Position numbers and translations under genes: made by a program. A DNA stretch of 64,000 nucleotides from Trichosphaerium sp. ATCC 40318 (taxonomy: Eukaryota; Protista; Tubulinea). The stretch lies in the NCBI GenBank assembly GCA_038496445.1, contig JALMLS010000093.1, positions 310,001-374,000 of the forward strand, in the 5' to 3' direction. The notes below the pieces were generated by a model. That model saw only the letters and a program-made list of their open reading frames with translations. It was not told the DNA's origin and made no database searches. Shown piece after piece: positions 52,999 through 64,000 of the stretch. Position 1 is the stretch's first letter. Every line of letters starts with the position of its first letter.

Positions 52999-55608
52999 AT
53001 GAGTTATGGAATGGCAAAGCGTGTACTATCTAAACGACACACCTGTGGCAAAGGTGCTCCAAAAACTGGTTAGTACAAATAGAACTATTTGGTATAACGC
53101 CACATTTAGGTAAAAAGCGCACTCGCAGGGTTAAAAAGCAACAAGTTGTACGAACAACAGACATCGACTCAATAACATCCATAGGCCTCTATCAATGCGC
53201 AGAGAACCAAAATGGATATATTAGGCCGTGAATTACGCATAATGACACTTGATCAATGGTATTCTGTCACAAGGCGCCAAATATACGATAACGGAGGTAG
53301 AGACCTTCTTTTAAAGTACGATAAACAACTTTGACATCTCAAAAAGCTAATTTGGTTCAAAGATACAAATACTGCATATACAGTGCTCTATGCGCAGTAT
53401 ATCCATCAGTAAAATGGTACATTTACCGATTCAAGTGCGTATACAAACGACTGACGCAAAAAACGCGCTTTTTCTTCAGAATCGTCATGATTTTTTTGGT
53501 TGAGGTTATTGTTCTTATTTTTGCGCTAAGAGACCGGTTCCCTCGTCAGTATTGGAAGTCAATATACAGACAAGCAGTATGCTTTGATCACGTGGGAGAG
53601 CTTTTAGGAGTAAAAACGATAGACGATTGGTACAATCATCAAGGAAAAAAAGTTGCGGAAACTTGTGCATCAGCACGTGCAATTATCAAAGCGTACTTAA
53701 CCACTAAATATTAATATCAGGAAATGATTTATATTTTAGATATCACAAAACGTATTCCAATACATTACAGAAGATATACAAGAAGTTCCAATGGAACTCA
53801 TCAAGATTTGTGTACTGGACTCAAACTTTTTTTTGTTGATATTATTTTTTAAGCTTATACCTTTCTCTCTTCTTTAGGATATACCCTAAATTCGCTGAGG
53901 AATTGGAGTCTCAAAAAAAAATTGTAGAAGAAATGGCACAAACTCTTGGTATTAACTCTGTAGATGAGTGGTACAGTGTCACTGGTGAAGTAATGCATAA
54001 GCATTGTCCAAAAATATATGCAAAGTACAGTTTTCTTTTTCCGCGAAAGCTGCCTCTCATTATCTTATTTTTTGTTGTAGGTATTCTGCTTCACGATCAG
54101 AATTGCTGTCAAATATATTTCCAGAAATTGCTTGGGATTTATCACGATTCACGTGCGCAGAGTTCATAAAAAAATTACTTTTCTTTCAATTCCAGGTTTA
54201 TTCTTATTATATTCTTAGTCGTGTACCTCGTGGATACTTCTCCAGCAATAGGGAAAATCAACTTTTAGTTTTTGACCAAGCGGCTATTACGCTTAATGTA
54301 AAATGCCTTGACGATTGGTACAATTTTACAAACGAAGAGCTACTCGAAGTCGGTTTGCTAAAATGTTTGCAAACGTACGAAACCTTCCTTGAGTTTTTTA
54401 GCTTTTGGGATTACAACGAAAAAACTCAAGCTAACGCTATTCTAGTTATAAAAGCTGTTTATCCTTAGCTTTGAGATCAATATATCCATCACATAATTGG
54501 GTGGAGTGGAAACTACGGTAGGTAGAACGAAAAATCATCTAAAACAATGAGTGATTTTAATGGTTTTGTTCAAGGACATTACCAAAGTACTTCTGGGATA
54601 ACAATGATAATAAGAGGATGTTAATAAATGATATTGGATCTAAATTGAATGTAAAAACACTTGATGATTGGTATAACCACAGTGGTGGAGAAGCATTCCG
54701 AAAAGCAGGCGGATTTAAATCACGAACAGTAATACGGAGGTAAGGAGTACTCCTCATTCATGACAACTATTGGATTCTGACTTCCCCACAAGATATAACT
54801 ACTCATTTTCCGATATGTTAATAGATATCTATCCAGCATACGATTGGCGAGAGTGGCGATTTTCGTACGAAGAACAAAGCACTTTTTTTTTTTTCTTGAA
54901 AACAAAGAACTTAGCAGAAAAAAGATGCGGCTCTTTGTTTTGGATTTTCACAAAATATTTATGGCAAGGAATACCTGAAGATTGAATTTATTGTAGGAAG
55001 ACCGTTAAAGGAAGTTGGAAAAATACATTATGTGTACAAGACTTTCTGCTGAGTACGTGAAAACAACAAAAATGACACGAAGAAAAAAAAAAACGTGGTG
55101 AAAACATTTTTCGTTTACTTTTTATGATCACCCCTCGCACAATTTGCATGCTGATGAAACTTCATCTGACTTTGTCAAATTGTTTTAAATAATCACATAT
55201 CTTCAATACAATATTGTTTTACAAGAAAATCTGTGAACAAAGTCAGATAGTTAACAAGTTTCTTTAGGCATGGAAAAAAGGTATCATATTTCTAAACCAG
55301 AGGATTGGTATAGGGTATCACATAATCAAATAAAATCATTTCGCGGAGGTGGTTTATGGCATCTATTTCCTCAAGTATTAAACGTATTATATCCAACACA
55401 TATATGGAATAAGATGCGTTTCGTTGAATCAAACAAGAAGTCAATGCAAAAGTAAGTTTTTAATTTTTTTCCCCATCACAAAACTTGATTGCAGCTTGAC
55501 ATATGCTTGACCTTAAACGCCTGGTCTTTGTTCAGCCTTATTTACTTTATTTTCAGGTTACTCGTCAAGCACACTAAAGTCATAGTTAACAATAGCGAAG
55601 AGCTATAA
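52999..55608 (+). CDS. Trp-rich tandem repeat protein (W..NQ..FD.LG..L.I...DDWY...GG...YP...W....F repeats)
   Basis: About six repeats: TLDQWYSV, TIDDWYN, SVDEWYSV, CLDDWYN, TLDDWYN, KPEDWYRV. Confidence 0.7.
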
Positions 55609-55708
55609 ACTGAGGACATGTCCAGGAATCGAAAATACAGCACCAAACAAATTGTTGATTCTTACTCAAGGTCGCTAAGAAACATGGCAGAACCCGAACA
55701 ACACTCAC

Positions 55709-56752
55709 CTAGAAACTGAGGGTTAAGGTATAGAAATAACAGCCGCAAGTATTACCAAAGGCAGTATGAATCGTTACGGCATGGTAGGCAATAATAACCA
55801 CAAGAATTTGATCCAAGTTGAGCTTTTGAAAAATGACTCTAAAAGGAACCTGGATAAATTGGAAACCAATACCACGACTATAGACTATTGCATGCGAACA
55901 TGGTAAACAAACCAAAATCATTGACATAAACTTGTTGTAGTACAGTATAAGGGAAATAAAATTTAGCACGATGTCTCGAATTTCGAGTTGGGTTGAAATG
56001 CACATGTGCAAATAACGATGCATCTCGGCGAGATCTGTTTAGAGGCAAAAGTCGCCGGCGCAGGCTATTGCGTGTTGACGTACTTACTTCGTCAGATGTG
56101 TTACAGTGAGTTTGGTTGCTTTGAATGATTTTTTTTTTTACTAGTACAAGTTCGCTTATTTGTTGCCGTTCTCCTCTGGAATTCACTCTCCATCTTCTTT
56201 GCTATCAATGTAATCTAATATGGGCATTAAATAGGCCAATAAACGCATACATAAAGATCTTGGTTTAATGAGAATAGAAATATACTATAACAGTATAAAG
56301 TTACGTTTTGACGCGTATTACCTGCGTATTTGTCGTTAAGGAGGAATCTGTTTTCTTGTTCCGTCAGAATATCTTTAATTTGGTCGATTTCTGATTTTTG
56401 CCACCACTTGGTGTATGTGTATACACCTAGGGTACTATTATTACGTTGATAATAGAGGTGACAATAACGAACCTCCAGCCAACGCAAATACTGTAAGTGA
56501 CGCCACCACTTGCTGTCGACCTTGTTTTAACGTTAATACTATGAATAATTGCTACAAAGGCTTGCCTGGGTTTAACAACACCCATAACTTGACTAATCGC
56601 AAACGTAAAGTGCGATAAAGAGCTGACATTGGGCAAATTGCATTTAAAACGAAAACAAAATAAACAACTGTTAAGTAAGTTTAAGTCTATCATAGTGACG
56701 ATATTAAAAGTTCACTAAATTCATACCTCATTTGTAATGCCATTGCCCACAT
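55709..56752 (-). CDS. Possible hypothetical membrane protein (model uncertain)
   Basis: Several minus-strand ORF fragments with splice-like boundaries and a hydrophobic segment (CVGWRFVIVTSIINVII). Confidence 0.3.
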
Positions 56753-56942
56753 CTGTTACTGTTGTATGTTTCAGTATGATGGTGAACACGTACAAGTGTT
56801 TTTTCCATTGTCTGTTACGCCAAGATGTCTGTTCTTGAACACGTGACTTATTTTTTTCTGCAGAAAGATCCTAGAAGAATCGACTATAACAGTAGGTACA
56901 GGTAAAACTTTTCTTATTTATTTAATTTACTTCGACACTCAA

Positions 56943-59900
56943 TCACTCTTTTTCATGCCTCTTTTTTACACCATCTAACCAACGATGTGCTCTTTTATAA
57001 AGCTGATCTCTAACTTCTTTTGTAACTGTATTAGAATGTAACGTGACACCCCATGCATCAACTTTATATCTTCCATTCTTAACCAAAGATTCTAAAAAGT
57101 CAACAGGATCTTGGTCATCAGCGTTCTGAGGTTCTTTGCTTTTATTGAGCTTAACAATTGTAAGGAATGTATCGTATACCTAGAAGCAATGTATAAGAAC
57201 ACAATACAAGAGAATATAACAATAAAGAAAGCGTACTTGATCAGCCATTTTGATGTCACCACAAACATAAATTCGAGATCCTTTTTTAAGCAAGTCATAA
57301 ACTCTTTTTGAGTTTTCAAGTAACTTATCCTGTACATAAACCTTGTTCTCTGTTTGTCTTGAAAAAGCAACATGTAGCTCTGATATAGCATATCCGTCTC
57401 CTTTTGCTGCTTCAGCAAGTTCTTTCTCATAGATATAGTCATGAGCTTTATTCCGGCAGCCAAAGAAAAGCATAGCAGATCCAAGATTCTAAGAAAAAAA
57501 AAAGTAAGAACAATGTTTGGTCGAAAACAACACGTGTTTCAACATACGATTTTCCATTTTTTGAGTTGTCCTCGCTCACACCAGAAACCTCTAAAAGGAG
57601 CTAAACCAGTACCAGGACCTACCATAATGATAGGTTCAATTGGATTCTCTGGTAAATGAAAGTTTGATTTTCTCCAATATATCTGAATATTAGAACCGAC
57701 TTTCTTTGAAGCCAAAAAGTGCGAGCAAACGCCCTTTATTTTATACCTACAAAATGATTGTAAGTATTTATTAATGTAGAGATAGCACAAAGTTATGTAG
57801 AACATGACATACCCAGATTCTAGTTCAATGGTAGTCACAGCAACTGTGATAGAAATATTATTTGGAGATGCACTTGGACTTGAAGAAATAGAATAAAATC
57901 TTGGCTTCATGAGCGGTAAGCTCGTTATAAACACACCAAAAGGTACTTTAATCTGCGATAAAAACATCATGTGAGTTTAAGTGGTTTTTAGGAGCGCAGA
58001 GGCTATTAATCTGATTACCTTTTCAAAATGTTCCAAAAACTCAAGAACAGTCGGAAATCGGCATAAAACTTCTTTGACGAGTTCCTACAATATCGAATCA
58101 GTACTGATCAGATACTACGTTTCGTACCCCTCTATCCTCCCTCTTTAATTGTCTTATAAACTTTGTTATTGTTGGGTTATCATCCGCAGTACAGTATGGA
58201 AGTAATTGCTTGAAAAAGAACAAAAGCTGACTTGGTGCAAAATTGTGAAGTGCCTAAAACAAAAAATGATTTAGATCAGATGCTTTTTTCTTAAGTTGTA
58301 TCTTGTGTGTGTCACTCTCTTTCTCTTTACGTACCAACTCAACTTTAGTCCTAAACGCATTCATGACGCTCATTGGCAAAGACCAAGCAGCATATCCTAA
58401 AAAAGAAAAGTCAGAAATCGCTCCAAAAATGTACAAAAGAATAACAACTTACCTGGAACGTAAAAATGTCCTTTTGGGTCAACATCTAACCTCCTTGCAA
58501 GACTCTTTACTGTTTGTAAAGAATTGCTAGGGTATACAGCAATATGATCTCCTGATTTGTACATACCAGGAATAGCTGTATCAGAGATATCAAGCTCAAT
58601 GTGCCTAAAACAAGATTAGCATAAAAAATCGTTTCAACTCTTTGACATCACGCAAGGTACCTTGTCGATCTAGGAGAAGCTTCTTTATGTAGCTCATCAT
58701 TCTTTGTTATTGTGACCTTAACAGGGAATCCTTGTCTTGTGCCAGGAGTGTGTTTTAGCGTTGCTTTGCTTTTTCGTTTATTGAACTGCTTTGATTCTTC
58801 CTTTCCTATCCACTTTCCACTAATAGCGTACTGTGCTATCATATGGGATTCAGAAGTAGTCTCAGAAGTGCTCAACTCATTATCTAAGAATGAATCCGGA
58901 TACTTTTCTCTTAATATAAGTATAATTGACTTCATCCATGCCTGAACCAAAAAAGTAAGAAAAAAAAACAAACAAGGAGTTTTTGATTTATACCTTAAAA
59001 CTTTGCTCTTGCTTGTCAAGTTCGTCACCCTATAAGTTTGTAAGGATATATAGAGTATATATTAGGAAATTCTAGATGTAATACCTTTCCGAGTGACGAC
59101 AGTACAGTAGCACCAAGTTCTCCCATTTTTTTGTTTATATCTGTTGCAAATTTACAATAATCCGGATACATTGCTATGATCGTAATTAGTTTTTTAATGC
59201 TTTTGATACTTCTTTAGAGGTATTTTTATACTTACTGTTTCCAAGACCGAATACTGCATATGCTAAATTATTCATACACTGTTCAGGCAAGTCAGGATGT
59301 GTCATCCAGTTTGAAAAATTTATTGCATTGCCAGGAGGTTCACCTTGACCAAAAGTCGATGTTATAACAAGCAAAACACCTCCTCTCTTGTTAATATCAG
59401 TCATATCAACGTCATCCATCTCTCTCAGTGCTAATGATTATATATAAGCTTGATAAAACCAAGTGCAAGAAAAAAAGGACTTCACCGACAAAAACTGGAA
59501 AAGGAACTTACCTAACGACGGAAAGCTTGATGAAAGTTCAGCCTTTAAGGCTTCTGCATATCTTTCCGCTGTTCCTGTTTCACTTCCATAAATAATATTC
59601 AGATTTACAGAAGTAGGAGATTTAGGTTGCTTTGTGATTTCAGGTAAAGCTGTCCACGTTTTTGTTCCAGCTCTGTAGCAAGAAGTGAGAAAAATATGAG
59701 AATCAATGACGTACTTCAAAGCGACAGTATCATAGGTTCTGAACATCCCTGGTTTCTGCACAAAGTTACGCATGGCATGATGCCATACAGGACATAAAGA
59801 TCCACTTGTAGGTGGTACGATCCAAGCCCAGTCCGCAGGTGTGTAATTACAAAAGTCAGCAAAGTTGTACCATATTAAAACAACGTATCTCACGACCGCA

Positions 59901-62900
59901 TTTAGCCTCTTGCCGCTCATGTTGAAGAAACTGCATGCTTGCTATTGCAATAGTTAATCATCTTTGCATATTAATGTGAGTTTTACTGTACCTGTATGGT
60001 GGTCTACAAGTGTTACCTTATTTTTAATAAACGAATGAACAACTGCTTTGTTAAATTGTAGCATTACTTCATCTGAAACAAAAAAAATTAGTCGAAACGA
60101 ACGCTTTACTAAATTTTACCTTTCCACATAGTTCTAGGGCTTGTTGTATCTAAATCCATTTTATCGCCTATGACATGAAGCATATTATATCGGTCTATAA
60201 CACGTGGGTTGTAAGAATAACATTAAAGATTCAATTTTGATTTACCTTCTTCCAGTAAATTTCTAGATATTTCTGTTTCCATGTACCAACCTAGAACGCT
60301 CATTTAGAACGTCATTGGGTTATTTGATATTCTTACCGTTGAAAGGGCACATAGTGTAATGAATACCGCCAATCTCAGTTCTAAAATCGGCAATAGCAGG
60401 TACTAAATGAATTCTTAGTGTTGTACATGTCAACGAAAGATTAGCTGGTTTACATACCAGTGTACCACTTTAGTTTAAGATCTTTAAACCAAGTAAACTT
60501 TGGATGCTCTAGCTCAACTTCAAGTATAATATCTTTAGGGAGCTCAAAAATAACAGGAAGCTGTCCTTGCATCTATCGAAAAAAAGTTAATAAGTTAGAA
60601 CAAAAACATAAAAGAAAAGGTAGGAAAAACAAACCTCAATGACTATTGGAAGTATATCGTATGCTGATCTAGTCTTTGGTGGTTCCCAACCAAGCTTCAT
60701 TATAGCTGAAGTCAAAGCAACAGAAGCAGGATCGCCAAGTATTGTACCATCAGGCTTAATGTAACCGCAATATCTTATAAGCATATTATTCCAAATATGG
60801 CACCCAATTTCATCTCCTTTCTTAGGTGCGAAAACAGTCATTACAGACTAAAAAAAATAAATAAGAAACAGAAGTATAAAGTAATCCAAACGCATTTGAT
60901 TTTGAATTAATATCAAACCATCAAAACATCAAAAACATCAAAAACATCAAAACACGTGCCTTTATATTTCCCTTATTTGTTGCTTGTCTGATGTGATCAA
61001 TAAGAGCATTGAAAACAGTGTTTGGAAGCTTGACATGACGCATATCACGAACTGTAATATTCTTCCATTGAATACGTCCTATACACTTTGCTGCATTACG
61101 CCAAGCCATCTAAGCAAAGTCAACAATCATTAATATTAGTGATTTTGGGGTTTTTTGAAAGAAACAGCTGTTTTATCAGTAAATACGAAATCCTTACCTT
61201 GACACCATACTGCAACTCTTCAGTTGTATGTTTATAAGTACCAGAAATAATTATCTCCGTACTGACCTCTTTTAATCTATCGGCAAGTTCATCTTTGTTT
61301 TTTTTTAGCTCACTTAAACAAAGAGAATTAAGTTAAGTTTGTTGAGACAAAGCCGACTTACGAGTAAAGTTGAGTAAGGAATTTCTTGGCTTCATTGTAT
61401 ATACCGAAATAATGGTTTGTAGCGCTTAACATCACAGATATTACTTTTTGAATTAAAACACTCCAAGCTTCAGCAACGTCCTTTAAAAAAAAACGAAGTC
61501 AGTTGAGCTGTTTATCTTTTCGTTATCTAAGCATACAGCTGTCCATTGGTGTTTCATTGACTTAGATAATGCTTTAATAAGAGCTGTAGAAACTGCAGGA
61601 TAGAGGTCTTTATCTATACCTCTTACAGCATGTTCTTTACCCAATTCCTTCACGTTGATGTAAGTTTACAAAGGGTTATAAGCATTTGCGGTTTGACATA
61701 CAACTAAGCGTGGAGCTATTTTTTCAAAGTCTTGTGCTGCATCTACAATAGCTTTAAGAGCGGCCTATTAATAAATCAGATTCAATTTCAACTGATATTC
61801 CTTAAAAGCGGCGTAGAAAGACAAACAAATAGGAAATAGTCACTTTGTGATTTTTTTTTGTTTCGCCACTAACCATCAAATGCTCTTGTTGCTTATCCAT
61901 TCTCGTTGAACCTGATTTATCGATTAAAAAAATTCAAAATATCACGTGATAAAATTAATATACCAAAGTACTCCATGACGGATGGATTATCTTCAAAAAG
62001 GATGGTGTAGAACACCTCGCCCAATTTACGCTTTGCAGAGTTCGATGACATTGCCTTGAACTTGTGTTTAATAATAACATCCGATAATTTTATTTAACCT
62101 AATAACATACCTTGTTCCACGTTGCGACAACTAGCGCTGTATGATCTTCTGTATCATACAATAAAAGAGTGGCATATGCACGCTCTATCTGTTGACCAAT
62201 GTTACACCTATGACGTGTAAGATGACGACAGTCGGAAACATAAGTGATGTTTTACCAAAGTGCGAAAAATGACGTTATAACATTATCCGGGTTAGCGTTA
62301 GCATTATATAATGGTCCTGTCGTTGAAACGACTTCTATTAGAACCTCTCCAGCCTACACTTTTTTAGCTAGAAAGCCGGCTTTTTATTTATCGTACCAAC
62401 TTAAAAAACTCATGGTTTACACCAGTTAACGCGTAATCAACAGCTAAATAATTTTGTTAAAAAGTTTGTTTGGAATTACCCGGCCAGCATTCAAACTGCC
62501 TTATATCGTACCAAATTCTTCTATAATATGTGTAGGAATCTCACACGTGTTACTTTTGGCCAGGTGGTCGATGATCTGACATATTTTGTCAACAAAACGT
62601 TGACCAAGAGGTATTGTATCTAAGATTGGTGTCCTAAAAAAAAGACGTAAGAAAAATAATGAAGAACATTTTGACAGGTAATATCACGTGGTACGGGTAT
62701 TGTTTAAAAGTCTTCTAAATGACGTACTTTATTGAAGGGAAAAGTTCTGGGAGTCTCTTAGCGAAAGTATCCACAGCAACATCTTCCCAGTGCATAACTC
62801 TACGTAAAGGATTTTTTAGTATTGAACGATAGCGCCATATCGTTACCTGTTCCAAACTGTTAAGATTGTTAGCCTGTTAGCTCTAGTTATCTCAGGAGGT

Positions 62901-64000
62901 GAATCAAAGTCTTTGTCAGAAAAGAAATTCTACAACAAGTTAGCGAGAGGGTTTTTCCAAAGCAATTGTACTCACTTTCTTAGCCGCTGCAGTTACAGCT
63001 GTTACCCCAATCATACTTTTGAGTGTTGCTGCTGTAGATTCGCGGTGTATAGGTTTTGCTTGTTCACGCTTTTTCTGTACATAGACTTAACAAGTGTGCT
63101 CATTTCACAACCAAACCAATACTGCGTACGGAATAAATATTAAATTTTAGCTTGGCGTTCAATCGCCTTCCGTCTTGTTTTATAATAGGCAATGTGGTCT
63201 CGTTTCCTTCTGTTTTTATAGAGCTAGATCTCAAAATAACTATGCCTGCGTCCTGTATGAATAGCGTTTAGTGTCAAATAGAAAATTTGTTCCAAAAGGT
63301 GCAGCAAGTGGATAAATATTAAACAAAATATTCCAAAAGTTTTCGTAAGAATTATCGGCCACCTGTGCCGCAATAACAATAAATGTTGACATCATATGGG
63401 TAGCTACACCACTCACTTTGGAGCATGTCAACTTTATCTTTTATCAAATAAAAAAAATCACGTGATATCCGTGCTTGTCGGGTTTTTACGTTACGAACTA
63501 CTTGTCCCAAAAAATTCAGAACCAAAAAAAGAACACGTGATTATCGGGTTTTTTAACACTACTAGAAACCTACTTAACGGAAAAAAAAATAAAAAAAGAA
63601 ACATTTTTGTTAACTTCGAATACACGTACTTTCCATTGTTGTTTACTACCCGATTGTTTTGATGACACTGAGAATTGAAATACTGAGTGAGGTTTCACGA
63701 TAACACCACTATTTTTAAAAAAATTAAAAGCGTCAACACAACACCACAAACAGCCAAAAAAAAACGTGACAACAGTTTTGTAAAACAATCACTGAAAACG
63801 TACAAAGATCGCTCCACAGCCCATGAAAACCCTTTTTCTGTCCTCTGGTCTGCATTGTCAACCTCAATTTTGCGTCGGAGAACCCTGTTAGCTTCACCGG
63901 CTGGATCCAAAATATCAAGAGAAATACGTAATCCACAGCGTCTACTAGGCGGTTGCCATCCATGTAGTTCAATAACTGTGAAATTATGTTATTGTGGGGC
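56943..64000 (-). CDS. NOS: Multidomain nitric oxide synthase: C2-like + pseudoglobin + globin + NOS oxygenase + flavodoxin + FAD/NADPH reductase; 5' end beyond window
   Basis: Oxygenase [38 protein letters not shown]; FMN domain [27 protein letters not shown]; [44 protein letters not shown]; globin [10 protein letters not shown]...KQQEHL...LGKEHAVRG. Confidence 0.93.
59843..59888 (-). other. 46-nt AT-AC intron in the NOS oxygenase region
   Basis: Removing ATACGTTG...GCTGACTTTTGTAATTAC joins CGRE to TPADWAW in frame; no AG acceptor lies before the conserved ADWAWIVPP. Confidence 0.75.

Noticed and set aside
59843-59888. U12 minor-spliceosome assignment for the AT-AC intron
   Set aside because: Lacks the ATATCCTT donor and TCCTTAAC branch consensus.
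60920-60953. Short CATCAAAAA tandem repeat
   Set aside because: Intronic low-complexity repeat with no spacers; not CRISPR-like.
1-64000. Alternative genetic code to explain the fragmented ORFs
   Set aside because: Conserved proteins reconstruct fully with standard code and short introns; TAA, TAG and TGA all serve as stops.

Overview
AT-rich, gene-dense eukaryotic DNA with many short spliceosomal introns (mostly ~40-80 nt), most consistent with an amoebozoan-like protist (inference). The ORF track fragments almost every gene, so gene models were spliced by eye and exon limits are approximate. Genes in order: GBA2/GH116 (5' partial); a three-repeat MYB with E2F/CHR/MYB sites upstream; aldo-keto reductase; receptor tyrosine kinase; COMMD3; NhaC-family antiporter; ER-targeted torsin-like AAA+ ATPase; F-box-like/MORN-variant family genes and relics; a secreted protein with a degenerate ADP-ribosyltransferase-like C-terminus; a SelO-like kinase-fold protein; a Cys-rich membrane protein; FEN1; a Trp-rich repeat protein. 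Three things stand out. (1) A ~7 kb inverted duplication (~33.8-40.6 kb and ~44.3-51.3 kb) surrounds FEN1. Each arm holds a head-to-head gene pair: a large [hypervariable N-domain]-ankyrin-MLKL-like four-helix bundle-C2 protein and a small ankyrin protein. Divergence between copies is concentrated in particular exons, so this is a candidate paired recognition/cell-death system. (2) An intron-rich NO synthase (56.9 kb to beyond the window end) has the C2-like/pseudoglobin/globin/oxygenase/reductase layout of cyanobacterial syNOS. (3) CACGTG is roughly 10-fold enriched by hand count and occurs at several GC-AG splice donors; there is also a U2-like AT-AC intron.
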